The translations under genes and the position numbers were made by a program. A stretch of 64,000 nucleotides of DNA from assembly GCA_965218095.1 (NCBI GenBank), contig OZ244587.1, positions 6,176,001 to 6,240,000 of the forward strand. Reading direction: 5' to 3'. The DNA is from Candidatus Poribacteria bacterium (GTDB lineage Bacteria; Poribacteria; WGA-4E; PCPOR2b). The notes under the pieces are model-generated. The model was not told where the DNA came from and made no database searches. It saw nothing but the letters and a program-made list of their open reading frames with translations. Shown here piece by piece: positions 20,149 through 30,356 of this stretch. How positions within the stretch are numbered: position 1 is the first letter of the stretch; each line of letters starts with the position of its first letter.

Positions 20149-21705
20149 ATGCAAAAAGAGATTATCATCTCTGATGATGAATATGAAACGAGATGTGCTA
20201 TACTTGAAGATGGTGTTCTGACCGAAATTGATATTGAACGTAAAAATGACGAACATATTCTAAATAACACTTATAAAGGGCGTGTTGAAAATGTTCTACC
20301 CGGGATGCAGATTGCCTTCGTCGATATTGGATTGGAACAACACGCCTTCCTGCATATTTCGGACATTATCCGCGATTTTGAAGAGGATAATGAGGGTAAC
20401 CTTGAGAAAGATTCAGCGAAACTCGATTTGAAACCGAATTCAACAGACCCGCCAAAGCCCGGAAGGGGGTATCCATATTCCATAAGCGATCTCATCCACC
20501 CAAACCAGGAGATCCTTGTGCAGGTTGGTAAAGAGCCGATTGGTACGAAGGGGCCACGCGCCACCACCTGTATCACGCTTCCCGGACGTTATGTCGTCTA
20601 TCTGCCAACCGCATCGAACATCGGCGTCTCTCGCCGGATCGAGTCGGCGGAAGAAAGGCAGCGTCTCAGGAAGATTGCTGAAGCAATACGCGCTGATATT
20701 GAAGGCGGGTTTATTATTCGGACTTCCGCCGAAGGAAAGAGCGAGGCAGAATTTGTAACCGAGATTCAGTACCTCGTTAACCAATGGAAAGGGATTGTCG
20801 AACAAGCTGAGAAAGTGCCTGCCCCCAGCCTTGTACACAAGGAGCACGGCTTCATCGTTCGGGTCATTCGAGATTCATTCACAAATGATGTCACACAGTT
20901 TATCATCGATTCCAAAGAACAGTATCAGGAAGCGATTGAGTATCTCTCATCTGCCTTCCCGGAATTGCCGTCACAGGTCAAACTCTATGACAAATCAACC
21001 CCCATCTTTGAAGTCCACGGGATTGAGAAAGAACTCAAGAAGGCGTTGAGTGAAAAAATCTGGCTCAAGTGTGGCGGATATATTGTTATTCAACAAACGG
21101 AGGCGATGGTCTCGATTGATGTCAACACGGGAAAATTTGTTGGCAAGGGAGACCCGGATAATACAATTTTGAGCGCAAACCTGGAGGCGGTTGAGGAAGT
21201 GGTCCGGCAGATTCGCTTGAGGGACCTCGGGGGAATTCTCGTTATCGATTTCATCGATATGGATCACTCTGATCACCGGCGGATGGTCTTTAAGCTGTTG
21301 CAGCAGGCATTGAGCAAAGATCGAGCGCGAACGAATCTTTTGCACATCTCCGAGCTCGGGCTTGTGGAGATGACAAGGCAGCGAACTCGTCCAAGCCTTG
21401 CAACGGTGCTCACTGAATCCTGCCCCTATTGCAATGGATACGGCTCAGTCCTCTCTATGGACACAATTACGATCGGTTTGCTGCGATCTATCAAGAAAGC
21501 CTATCGAAAATCACGGAAAAGAAGGCTGAAGGTGATTGTAAATGACCACATCATGTCTCATCTGCTTGATGATAAAACAGATCGTTTGGGACAACTTGAA
21601 AAATCGATGAATCTGAAGATTCAGCTGCAAGGGGATGCAGATGTGCACCTTGAAGACTATCGGATCTTTGCAGAAGGTTCTAGTCGTGAGATTTACTTGA
21701 AATAA
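20149..21705 (+). CDS. rng: ribonuclease G (Rne/Rng family)
   Basis: YKGRVENVLPGMQIAFVDIG, IDVNTGKF, RLRDLGGILVIDFIDM, CPYC; RBS GGAGG. Confidence 0.93.
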   Translation: MQKEIIISDDEYETRCAILEDGVLTEIDIERKNDEHILNNTYKGRVENVLPGMQIAFVDIGLEQHAFLHISDIIRDFEEDNEGNLEKDSAKLDLKPNSTDPPKPGRGYPYSISDLIHPNQEILVQVGKEPIGTKGPRATTCITLPGRYVVYLPTASNIGVSRRIESAEERQRLRKIAEAIRADIEGGFIIRTSAEGKSEAEFVTEIQYLVNQWKGIVEQAEKVPAPSLVHKEHGFIVRVIRDSFTNDVTQFIIDSKEQYQEAIEYLSSAFPELPSQVKLYDKSTPIFEVHGIEKELKKALSEKIWLKCGGYIVIQQTEAMVSIDVNTGKFVGKGDPDNTILSANLEAVEEVVRQIRLRDLGGILVIDFIDMDHSDHRRMVFKLLQQALSKDRARTNLLHISELGLVEMTRQRTRPSLATVLTESCPYCNGYGSVLSMDTITIGLLRSIKKAYRKSRKRRLKVIVNDHIMSHLLDDKTDRLGQLEKSMNLKIQLQGDADVHLEDYRIFAEGSSREIYLK

Positions 21706-21707
21706 CA

Positions 21708-21736
21708 TTGACAGTTGAGATGATTTTTGTTATACT
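21708..21736 (+). promoter_or_regulatory. promoter of rplU-rpmA
   Basis: TTGACA-17-TATACT with extended -10 TG. Confidence 0.8.
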
Positions 21737-21809
21737 TTTCGCTTGCCTCTCCGCTTCTTCTGAACAGCGGAACGCGAGCGATAAACAGTCTTTTTAAGGA
21801 GATAGAAAG

Positions 21810-22178
21810 ATGTATGCTGTATTTGCCTCGGGTGGAAAACAGCATCGTGTTCAGGTGGATACGCTGATTGACGTTGAAAAGCTGGATGCGCCGGTTGGTG
21901 AAAAAGTGACCCTATCAGAAATCTTGGCGATAGGCGACGGCGACGGCAATGTTCAAGTTGGCGCGCCGTACCTCGAAAATGTCGCCGTTATTGGTGAAGT
22001 TGTCCAACAAGGTAAAGGGAAAAAGATCATCGTTTTCAAGTCGAAACGGCGCAAAGGCTACAAGCGAAAACTTGGACACCGCCAGCGATTTACCCGATTA
22101 CGCATTACTGAAATACAAGATGGGAATGACGTATCTGAGGAAAACACATCTGAGGAGGTAGAAGAAAATGGCGCATAA
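21810..22178 (+). CDS. rplU: 50S ribosomal protein L21
   Basis: [25 protein letters not shown]. Confidence 0.98.
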   Translation: MYAVFASGGKQHRVQVDTLIDVEKLDAPVGEKVTLSEILAIGDGDGNVQVGAPYLENVAVIGEVVQQGKGKKIIVFKSKRRKGYKRKLGHRQRFTRLRITEIQDGNDVSEENTSEEVEENGA

Positions 22179-22434
22179 AAAGGGCGGTGGCAGCACGAGC
22201 AATGGACGGGATAGCATTGGCAAGCGGCTTGGCGTCAAGCGATTTTCTGGGAGTGCTGTGACCGCTGGAAGCATCCTTGTCCGGCAGCGTGGTACACACA
22301 TCCACGCCGGCAAAAACGTTGGGGTTGGCAGGGACTACACGCTTTTTTCCAAAATTGATGGCTATGCCTGGTTTGAGCGGAAGGATAAATTCCGCAGGAA
22401 AGTTAGCGTTTACCCGGAACGTCCCGATTTCTAG
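22168..22434 (+). CDS. rpmA: 50S ribosomal protein L27
   Basis: [24 protein letters not shown]. Confidence 0.99.
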   Translation: MAHKKGGGSTSNGRDSIGKRLGVKRFSGSAVTAGSILVRQRGTHIHAGKNVGVGRDYTLFSKIDGYAWFERKDKFRRKVSVYPERPDF

Positions 22435-22463
22435 CCTCCGATTCCATTCGATTCTGATAGATC

Positions 22464-22493
22464 AAAGCCTCGTCATTAGGCGAGGCTTTTTTT
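22464..22493 (+). terminator. intrinsic terminator after rpmA
   Basis: aaagcctcg-loop-cgaggc followed by T7. Confidence 0.85.
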
Positions 22494-22520
22494 ATATTTT
22501 TAGATGACTCGGAGAATGTT

Positions 22521-23561
22521 ATGGAACATAAGAGAAAATCGTTACTGTCCTTCATGGCGTTAGGGCTTCTTATACTCTGCGGAATACCGGTGACAAGTGC
22601 ACAAACACCCCAGCAGATTGCCAAAAAAGCCTTTAACTCTACGGTGCTCTTGGTCATGGAAGATGCCAACGGTCAACCAATTGGATTAGGAAGCGGATTC
22701 TTCGTCCGCAACGGTCAGGTTGCGACTAATCTTCACGTTGTCGAAGGTGCCGCAAGGGGATACGCAAAACTGGTCGGTCAGAAAACAAAGTACGACATCG
22801 AAGGTCTCACCGCGATTGACGCGAAACGGGATCTCGTAATCCTAAAGGTCTCGGCTTTGGGCGTACCAGCACTTTCCCTTGGGGACAGCGATGCCCTTCA
22901 GGCTGGCGAGCCTGTTTACGCCGTGGGCAACCCACAAGGATTGGAGGGCACGTTTTCGCAGGGCATCATCAGTAGCATCCGAGAGGTTGGAACAGACAAG
23001 CTGCTCCAGCTCACTGCCCCGATTTCCCCGGGGAGTAGTGGCGGGCCCGTGCTAAACGGTAAGGGCGAAGTGATAGGGGTTTCAGTGGCGACCTTCCGCA
23101 GAGGGCAGAATCTCAATTTCGCTATTCCTTCAAATTATCTCACGGAGTTGGTTGCACAGGTGGGCCCCGCGAAACCATTCTCACGAGCGAAACCAGCCAG
23201 ATCGAGACGCTCCATCCTCGCTGACCTCGGTGGTCGAAGTGTGGAAGGGGTAACCGGTGGCAAGCTTATCTGGAAATACCCTTTCGGGGCAGGTGGTGAG
23301 TACACGTTTTCCCTGCGGAATCGACTACGCGAAAACGTGCGGAACGTCTATTGTTTCGTGATTTTCTACGACATGCAAGGCGACCCGATCGATATGGATG
23401 TTGCACAGTTTCGGGGACTGATACCTGCAGGGTTGGCAAAGCGGGTGACGAGTGAAGTTGACAATAGCATACAGGAACTGACAACGAACACACGCAACGG
23501 TTCAAATGAACCACATACGAAGGTGGAGTTTAGAATTCTTGACTTTGAGATAGTGGAATGA
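22521..23561 (+). CDS. secreted trypsin-like serine protease with uncharacterised beta-rich C-terminal domain
   Basis: Signal peptide, GSGFF, TNLHV, DLVIL, ISPGSSGGP. Confidence 0.9.
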   Translation: MEHKRKSLLSFMALGLLILCGIPVTSAQTPQQIAKKAFNSTVLLVMEDANGQPIGLGSGFFVRNGQVATNLHVVEGAARGYAKLVGQKTKYDIEGLTAIDAKRDLVILKVSALGVPALSLGDSDALQAGEPVYAVGNPQGLEGTFSQGIISSIREVGTDKLLQLTAPISPGSSGGPVLNGKGEVIGVSVATFRRGQNLNFAIPSNYLTELVAQVGPAKPFSRAKPARSRRSILADLGGRSVEGVTGGKLIWKYPFGAGGEYTFSLRNRLRENVRNVYCFVIFYDMQGDPIDMDVAQFRGLIPAGLAKRVTSEVDNSIQELTTNTRNGSNEPHTKVEFRILDFEIVE

Positions 23562-23922
23562 TGCTGTTGGAAAGTGAAACAATGATGAATCAGTTGTTGA
23601 CTCTGGACTGTCATCAAATGGGTGGAGTACCGGAAGTACCGAGTACCACTGTGACTTACAAAACCACCCCCAGTGAGGTATTCCGATGAGTTTCAAATAA
23701 CTTTGCTTCCCCTTTAAAGGTCGAATCTCCCGTTCAACGTTTTGGCTTTATGCCTTTTTCGCAGCGTGTCTCCATTTGCTCGTGGGGGGCTTAGTAACTG
23801 CCAACGAAGCCTTAATGCCTGTTGGCGTATTAGCAAAGGCACAAACGGTCCAAACCGTTTCGGCCCCGATCCCAAGGCACTTGACGCCAAGGGTGGCCCC
23901 GCGAAAGAGTAAGGACAACATT

Positions 23923-25704
23923 ATGAACATTAAGAAAAAATCGTTACTGTTGGGGCAAGTCTTGCGCACCCTCTTCATGGCGTTAGGGATTCTCCTGCTC
24001 TGCGGAATACCGGTGGTAAATGCACAGACTCCCCAGCAGATTGCCAAAAAAGCGTTAGACGCTACAGTGCTCTTGGTTATAGAAGATGCCAACGGCAAGC
24101 CACTTGGATTGGGGAGCGGATTCTTCGTGCAATCTAACCAGATCGCGACCAACTTTCACGTGATTGAAGGTGCAGCACGAGGCGCCGCAAAGCGCGTGGG
24201 TCAGAAAACGGAGTACACCATCGAAGGCTTCACCGCGATGGATGAAAGCCACGATCTGGCGATTTTGCAGGTGTCGGCTTCTGGTGTCCAGCCGCTTCCC
24301 CTCGGCGACAGCGACACGGTTGAGATTGGCGAGACGGTTTATGTCGCGGGCAATCCGAAAGGATACTTGGAGGGCACATTCTCGGATGGCATTATCAGTG
24401 GGGTTCGAGGGGGTTCGACCGAAAAACGGCTCCAGATGACGGCGCCGATTTCTCCGGGGAGCAGTGGCGGCCCCGTGCTAAACGGGGAGGGTGAAGTGAT
24501 AGGCGTTTCTGTGATGACGATTGAAGGCGGGCAGAATCTCAATTTCGCCATCCCTTCAAACGATCTCAAGGGGCTGCTCGCTCGATTGGGGCCCGCGAAA
24601 CCGTTGTCGAAAGGGAAACAATCGATATCTGTTGATACCTACTTCATTCGAGGCTATGTAAACAGCGAGCTAGGTGACTATAAGGGTGCCATCGCAGCCT
24701 ATACTCAGGCAATCCGACTCAAACCAGATTATGCCATAGCCTACGTCAATCGGGGAAATGCGAAGGCTCGCTTAGGACAACACACCGCCGCCATCGCCGA
24801 TTATGACACCGCTATCCGTCTCAAACCCGATGATGCCGATGCCTACTACAATCGGGGAAATGCGAAGGCTCGCTTAGGACAACACACCGCCGCCATCGCC
24901 GACTATGACACCGCTATCCGTCTCAAACCTGATGATGCCGATGCCTACTACAATCGGGGAAATGCGAAGGCTGACTTAGGACAACACTTCGCCGCCATCT
25001 CAGATTATGACACCGCTATCCGTCTCAAACCTGATGATGCCGATGCCTACTACAATCGGGGAAATGCGAAGGCTCGCTTAGGACAACACACCGCCGCCAT
25101 CGCCGATTATGACACCGCTATCCGTCTCAAACCCGATGATGCCGATGCCTACTACAATCGGGGAAATGCGAAGGCTCGCTTAGGACAACACACCGCCGCC
25201 ATCGCCGATTATGACACCGCTATCCGTCTCAAACCCGATGATGCCACTGCCTACTATAATCGGGGAAATGCGAAGGCTGACTTAGGACAAGACTTTGCCG
25301 CTATCGCTGATTATGACACCGCTATCCGTCTCAAACCCGATTATGTCAAAGCCTACGTCAATCGGGGCGTGACGAAGGCTGACTTAGGACAACACTTCGC
25401 CGCCATCGCCGATTATGACACCGCTATCCGTCTCAAACCCGATGATGCCAAAGCCTACAACAATCGGGGAAATGCGAAGGCTCGCTTAGGACAAGACTTT
25501 GCCGCCATCTCAGATTATGACATCGTTATCCGCCTTGAACCTGATGATGCCAATGCCTACTACAATCGGGGCGTGGCGAAGTACGGGCTGGGTCGCACCT
25601 GGGAGGCGAAGCGGGATTTCCAAACGGCATTGAAACTCGCGGAACAGGTAGGCGATGAGAGTCTCAAAGCCAAAATTGAGCGGGCAATTCGGGAACTCTA
25701 CTAG
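23923..25704 (+). CDS. secreted trypsin-like serine protease with TPR array
   Basis: Paralogous protease domain (TNFHV, DLAIL, ISPGSSGGP) followed by about ten 34-aa TPR units. Confidence 0.92.
   Translation: MNIKKKSLLLGQVLRTLFMALGILLLCGIPVVNAQTPQQIAKKALDATVLLVIEDANGKPLGLGSGFFVQSNQIATNFHVIEGAARGAAKRVGQKTEYTIEGFTAMDESHDLAILQVSASGVQPLPLGDSDTVEIGETVYVAGNPKGYLEGTFSDGIISGVRGGSTEKRLQMTAPISPGSSGGPVLNGEGEVIGVSVMTIEGGQNLNFAIPSNDLKGLLARLGPAKPLSKGKQSISVDTYFIRGYVNSELGDYKGAIAAYTQAIRLKPDYAIAYVNRGNAKARLGQHTAAIADYDTAIRLKPDDADAYYNRGNAKARLGQHTAAIADYDTAIRLKPDDADAYYNRGNAKADLGQHFAAISDYDTAIRLKPDDADAYYNRGNAKARLGQHTAAIADYDTAIRLKPDDADAYYNRGNAKARLGQHTAAIADYDTAIRLKPDDATAYYNRGNAKADLGQDFAAIADYDTAIRLKPDYVKAYVNRGVTKADLGQHFAAIADYDTAIRLKPDDAKAYNNRGNAKARLGQDFAAISDYDIVIRLEPDDANAYYNRGVAKYGLGRTWEAKRDFQTALKLAEQVGDESLKAKIERAIRELY
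24709..25600 (+). repeat. 102-bp coding tandem repeat (TPR units)
   Basis: gctatccgtctcaaacc recurs at 24811, 24913, 25015, 25117, 25219, 25321, 25423, with degenerate flanking units. Confidence 0.95.
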
Positions 25705-25717
25705 CGGAGCGGTGATA

Positions 25718-25818
25718 CCACACAAAAGTGGAGGCTCAGAATTCTTGACTTCGAGATAGTAGAATGATGCTGCCTAATAAGCCATTGGAAAGTGAAACAA
25801 TGATGAAGCAGTTTTTGA
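25718..25818 (+). repeat. relic copy of the 3' end and downstream flank of the first protease gene (matches 23511..23600)
   Basis: agaattcttgacttcgagatagtagaatgatgctg...ttggaaagtgaaacaatgatgaa in both places; this copy has an extra 12 bp. Confidence 0.9.
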
Positions 25819-25831
25819 TGAAGGGAGTGCG

Positions 25832-26701
25832 TTGATTGTGGTTCTCTATAAATACGTTTCCGCGGAACGAATTGATATTCTTCAAAATCGCCTAATTCGG
25901 TTCACACAGCCCAACGCGCTGAACGATCCCTTTGAAGCTAAGCCGCATTTCCACGCCTTCGCGACGAAAAAGGGGTTTGCAAGTGCCTTTGCAGATATGA
26001 TCAGACAGGCTCCTACCGTTGTATGGCTGGACTTCCGGAGAGTGACACAAACCAACTTGGATCAGCACGCATTCGCTGACAAACTTGAGGAAGATCCCGA
26101 TTATGCTAACCAGCTATATAAGAACGTTGGTTTGCCGAACCTCCTTCTTAAAGAACGGAAAAGAGTGGAACGATGGTTCAATAGTGTGGGCATCCTATCG
26201 CTTTCCGAGACACCCGATAATCTGCTCATGTGGTCGCATTATGCCAAAGAACACACCGGCTTTGTCCTTATGCTTGACGGTTCCCATAAGTTCTTCGAGG
26301 GAAACGAACCTTTCCCAGGGTTTGCAAAACCTGAACCTGTTCAATACAAACTAGAACGTCCGAGCACAACAATTGAAGAAGTAACCGTGCCAGAGATCTT
26401 TCTCACTAAGGGTTCTGACTGGCAATACGAGAAAGAGTGGCGTTATCTGAAGTTTCTCAATGATGCGGACAACAGGCACGAGAGGCCCAATACACCCCCT
26501 GTGGAACTCTTCCGATTGCCCCCCAAGTGCATAATGGGCGTAATCCTTGGGTGTCGCAGTTCTAAAGAATTGAAAGACACAATCCTTGCCTTACGACGTG
26601 ATGATCCGGAGCTTGGACACTTGCGAATCCTACAAGCAATCCTACAAGCAGGTGCGTCTAAAACGCACTACCGCCTAGGGATAAAGGAGATAGAGAACTA
26701 A
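25832..26701 (+). CDS. DUF2971 family protein
   Basis: LYKY, NDPFE, SLSETPDNLLMWSHYA..HTGF, TKGSDWQYEKEWR, VILG. Confidence 0.88.
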   Translation: MIVVLYKYVSAERIDILQNRLIRFTQPNALNDPFEAKPHFHAFATKKGFASAFADMIRQAPTVVWLDFRRVTQTNLDQHAFADKLEEDPDYANQLYKNVGLPNLLLKERKRVERWFNSVGILSLSETPDNLLMWSHYAKEHTGFVLMLDGSHKFFEGNEPFPGFAKPEPVQYKLERPSTTIEEVTVPEIFLTKGSDWQYEKEWRYLKFLNDADNRHERPNTPPVELFRLPPKCIMGVILGCRSSKELKDTILALRRDDPELGHLRILQAILQAGASKTHYRLGIKEIEN

Positions 26702-26755
26702 CCGCCCTTTGCAGTTGAAGGCGTTTCACGCAGCCGCTGAACCAAACCGTTAGGC
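26696..26755 (+). mobile_element. integron attC-like recombination site (60 bp)
   Basis: AACTAAC, 5 nt, TTTGCAGT (extra G at position 4), GCTGAAC, 6 nt, GTTAGGC; overlaps the DUF2971 stop codon. Confidence 0.7.
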
Positions 26756-26800
26756 AGAAGGTAAGAAGCCCCGGACTTCAGTCGATTCGTATTTGAAGGA

Positions 26801-28135
26801 GTGTCAGAAATGAACATAGACACAGCCAAAATCTACGCGAAAGGCGGCAGGGGAGGGAACGGCTGCATCAGTTTTCGTCGGGAGAAATTTGTGCCGCGTG
26901 GCGGTCCCAACGGCGGGGATGGCGGGCGCGGCGGAAGCGTCATCCTCGAAGCAGTAGAAGGGATAAGTACCCTCATTGATTTGCGGCATAATCTGCATCA
27001 AGTTGCAGAAAACGGTCAGCACGGCATGGGAAAACTGATGCACGGAGCAGACGCCGCGGATCGAATCGTCAAAGTGCCCGCCGGTACGATTGTCCGGTTG
27101 GATGAAGCGGGAGAAGTTATCACAGATCTGAGGAAGACCAGCCAGCGCGTCGTTATCGCTCGCGGTGGGATTGGCGGTAAGGGAAATGCGCGTTTCAAGA
27201 GTAACACGTTTCAAACACCGCGTGTCGCCGAAAAGGGTGAACCGGGCGAGGAGCGCACTATCGCGTTGGAGGTCAAACTCATTGCGGATGTCGGCTTAGT
27301 CGGTTATCCAAACGCTGGAAAATCGACGCTGCTGGCGCGAACCTCCGCCGCAAAACCGAAGATTGCTAACTATCCATTCACAACGCTCTCGCCCAACTTA
27401 GGTGTTGTCCGAATTGACCCGGAACATAACTTTGTGCTTGCAGATATTCCCGGTCTAATCGAGGGCGCACACCACGGAGCGGGGCTGGGGCACGACTTTC
27501 TGCGGCATATCGAGCGCACGAAGATGCTCATTCATGTGGTCGATACCGCCGCCGTCGATGGGCGTGATCCAATCGCGGATTATGAGCAACTTAACGAAGA
27601 GCTTGGGTTATACAACCCGCGACTCATGCGTTTGCCCCAGTTAATCGTCCTCAATAAAATTGATCTCCCCGATGCCCAGGCCAATTTGCCGAGGATTAGA
27701 GATTACTTCGGTAAGTTGAACGAAGATAAATCCCGAGCATTGGGACGCCGCTTGTTCCCGATCTCCGCAGTCACCGGCGAGGGAGTGGATCGGCTCATCA
27801 GAGCTGTGTATCGACTCCTTCAACGAATTAACGAGCGTATTCGTGAGCGGCGAGAAACTGAGCCTTTCCAACCGACGTTCCACATTCCCAAACCAACTGA
27901 GCGATTTGAACTTATCAGACGGAAGGATCGCTTTGTCGTACGTGGCGAAGAACCACGTCGCGCCGTCCTCATGACCGATATGGAAAGCGATCAGGCGCTT
28001 GTTTTGCTTCATCGAAAACTCCAAAAAATGGGCGTTATGAATGCGTTGATCAAAGCCGGCGTCAAAGAAGGAGATACGGTTCAGGTTGATGCGTTCGAGT
28101 TTACATTCACCCCCAATGAAATCAACACAAATTAA
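26801..28135 (+). CDS. obgE: GTPase ObgE
   Basis: FRREKFVPRGGPNGGDGG, GYPNAGKST, YPFTT, DIPG, NKID, C-terminal OCT domain. Confidence 0.98.
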   Translation: MSEMNIDTAKIYAKGGRGGNGCISFRREKFVPRGGPNGGDGGRGGSVILEAVEGISTLIDLRHNLHQVAENGQHGMGKLMHGADAADRIVKVPAGTIVRLDEAGEVITDLRKTSQRVVIARGGIGGKGNARFKSNTFQTPRVAEKGEPGEERTIALEVKLIADVGLVGYPNAGKSTLLARTSAAKPKIANYPFTTLSPNLGVVRIDPEHNFVLADIPGLIEGAHHGAGLGHDFLRHIERTKMLIHVVDTAAVDGRDPIADYEQLNEELGLYNPRLMRLPQLIVLNKIDLPDAQANLPRIRDYFGKLNEDKSRALGRRLFPISAVTGEGVDRLIRAVYRLLQRINERIRERRETEPFQPTFHIPKPTERFELIRRKDRFVVRGEEPRRAVLMTDMESDQALVLLHRKLQKMGVMNALIKAGVKEGDTVQVDAFEFTFTPNEINTN

Positions 28136-29264
28136 TCGCCGTCAACTGTTAGCGCGTGCAAAGCGGATCGCCGTGAAGGTTGGCAGCACCACTATCTCGC
28201 AGAACTTTGATCTCAATCCAGAACGTTTGGATGCATTGGTGCAGGACCTGGCATCAGTGCGGAAAAGCGGCAGAGAGGTCATCTTGGTGACTTCCGGCGC
28301 AATCGCGGCGGGCACAGGGAGGTTGGGGCTTACACAACGCCCACAAATACTTCCTGAATTGCAGGCGGCGGCGGCAGTCGGACAGAGTCGTTTGATGCAT
28401 GCTTATGAACATCGGTTTTCGCAGTATGATCTGATCACGGGAACGATGCTGCTGACGCGAGATGACTTCAATGCCCGCGAGCGTTACACATACATGAGCG
28501 ATACGTTGCGCGCACTCTTGCGGCTCGGCGTTGTCCCAATCATCAACGAAAATGATACGGTCGCCGTAGAAGAGATTAAGGTTGGGGACAACGACACGCT
28601 GGCTGCTTACGTGACCAATCTAGCAGAGGCGGACCTGCTGATTATCTTATCGGATCAGGATGGGTTTTATACAGCAGATCCGCGCCGGGATGCGGACGCC
28701 AAGTTAATCAGCCTCGTCTATGATGTCACGGACGAGTTAAAACGCACGGCGGGAAGTGCTGGGAGTGCAAGTGGCACCGGTGGAATGAGCACGAAGTTAC
28801 GCGCCGCAGAAATTGTGACCGGATCTGGCGAGATGATGGTGCTTGCAAATGGAGGCGAACCCCAGGTTGTCAACCGCATCCTGGCCGGGGAAAAAATCGG
28901 GACATTGTTCCTCCCCCAAGAACGAATGTCGGGGCGGAAACGGTGGATCGCCTACTCCCGCGCCCCAAGAGGTCGCGTGTTTATGGATAACGGCGCGCGT
29001 CGTGCGGTGGCCTATCATGGTAGGAGTCTCCTGCCGTCAGGGATTCGTAAGGTGGAAGGGAACTTTAAGTACGGGGACACCGTCTCCTGTCTGGACGAGA
29101 ACGAGCAGGAGTTTGCCAGAGGGCTTGTCAATTATGATACCCGAGAGCTGATGCAGATTATGGGCAAACAGACCGGCGAAATTGAAGAAATCCTCGGATA
29201 CCACTATTACGACGAAGTGATTCATCGGGATAATCTGGTCGTGATGCGTAAACGTGATGCGTGA
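28116..29264 (+). CDS. proB: glutamate 5-kinase
   Basis: VKVGS, VTSGAIAAG, PIINENDTV, GDNDTL, GTGGMSTK, PUA domain. Confidence 0.97.
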   Translation: MKSTQINRRQLLARAKRIAVKVGSTTISQNFDLNPERLDALVQDLASVRKSGREVILVTSGAIAAGTGRLGLTQRPQILPELQAAAAVGQSRLMHAYEHRFSQYDLITGTMLLTRDDFNARERYTYMSDTLRALLRLGVVPIINENDTVAVEEIKVGDNDTLAAYVTNLAEADLLIILSDQDGFYTADPRRDADAKLISLVYDVTDELKRTAGSAGSASGTGGMSTKLRAAEIVTGSGEMMVLANGGEPQVVNRILAGEKIGTLFLPQERMSGRKRWIAYSRAPRGRVFMDNGARRAVAYHGRSLLPSGIRKVEGNFKYGDTVSCLDENEQEFARGLVNYDTRELMQIMGKQTGEIEEILGYHYYDEVIHRDNLVVMRKRDA

Positions 29265-29355
29265 AACGTGATACGTGAAAATGAAAAGTATGATTATCAA
29301 TAATGAGTTAAAAAGCTTTGCAGATTATTGTTGGAACGTGACGAAAGGAGTTTTC

Positions 29356-30303
29356 ATGAAATACTCAAATAACAAGTTACACTTTACCATCTTGATATTC
29401 TCTGTATGCCTCTGGATTGGCTGCCAAGCAGGAATACTCAATACCGGAGAGGTCGGCACAAGCGAGAATCCCCTCGAAAAATCGGGCGAGTTGGCGAAAA
29501 GCGAAGTCTGGGCAGGAAAGATCTTGATCACCGGCGATGTCATTGTGCCGGAAGGGATAACGTTGACCATTCGATCCGACTCCGTTGTCGGCTTTGACCC
29601 GATGACCGGCGTCCATCAGTTGATTGTACGTGGGTCGCTGTACGCGGAAAGCGAGCCAGACCGCTTGATTATATTTGGTTCGCTCGGATCTGACACGGAA
29701 CGTCCCAAAACCGGCGATTGGATCGGCATCCGGTTGGAAGAAACGAGTCTCAATTCGCGTCTTAGTTACTGTCGGATTCAGCACGCCGACACGGGGCTCT
29801 CCTGCCAATCTGATGGGGTGCAGATTGAAAACTGCTTGTTGATCGATAACAAGCTGGCAATCCTTTGCGACAATGTGGCCCCAGTGATAAGCGATAATGA
29901 GATCAATAAAAATGGCACAGCAATCAAATGCCTCAAAAATGCGTCCCCAGAAATCACCCGGAATTCAATCCAGGCGAATGAATTCGGGCTTGTCTGTGAT
30001 GATGACTCTCGACCGATGATTCATCACAACGAAATCTCCACCAATTATCAACATGCGATTGTGTGCTACGCGTCTGCTTCGCCAGAGATTGTTTCCAACA
30101 ACATTACCCTCAACGGTGGTTGGGCGGTGTATGATGGCGGTCGACTGCGCGAAAATTATCTACGTGGCAACAAGGAGATTGGACCGGATGTCGTAGATCG
30201 TGGGACGGGACGGGATAGTGGGCAATTCTACGGTGTAGACGAAGTTTTGGATCCGCGTACTGCCCCTGTACCTGACGCTGGCGTGCAACGGGAGAGATAC
30301 TAA
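29356..30303 (+). CDS. lipoprotein with right-handed parallel beta-helix repeats
   Basis: Lipobox LWIGC, VPEGITLTI, GDWIGI, repeated SPEIxxNxI units. Confidence 0.8.
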   Translation: MKYSNNKLHFTILIFSVCLWIGCQAGILNTGEVGTSENPLEKSGELAKSEVWAGKILITGDVIVPEGITLTIRSDSVVGFDPMTGVHQLIVRGSLYAESEPDRLIIFGSLGSDTERPKTGDWIGIRLEETSLNSRLSYCRIQHADTGLSCQSDGVQIENCLLIDNKLAILCDNVAPVISDNEINKNGTAIKCLKNASPEITRNSIQANEFGLVCDDDSRPMIHHNEISTNYQHAIVCYASASPEIVSNNITLNGGWAVYDGGRLRENYLRGNKEIGPDVVDRGTGRDSGQFYGVDEVLDPRTAPVPDAGVQRERY

Positions 30304-30304
30304 G

Positions 30305-30340
30305 ACGTGATGCGTGATGCGTGATGCGTGATGCGTGAAA
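30305..30340 (+). repeat. heptamer tandem repeat (CGTGATG)n
   Basis: cgtgatg x4 + cgtgaaa; related arrays near 4845, 10049, 29240, 39559, 45486, 49393, 53610, 59863. Confidence 0.9.
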
Positions 30341-30356
30341 AGGTTCAAATGAAAAT

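Noticed and set aside
24709-25600. CRISPR array
   Set aside because: The 102-bp units are contiguous, in-frame TPR codons with no unique spacers and no cas genes
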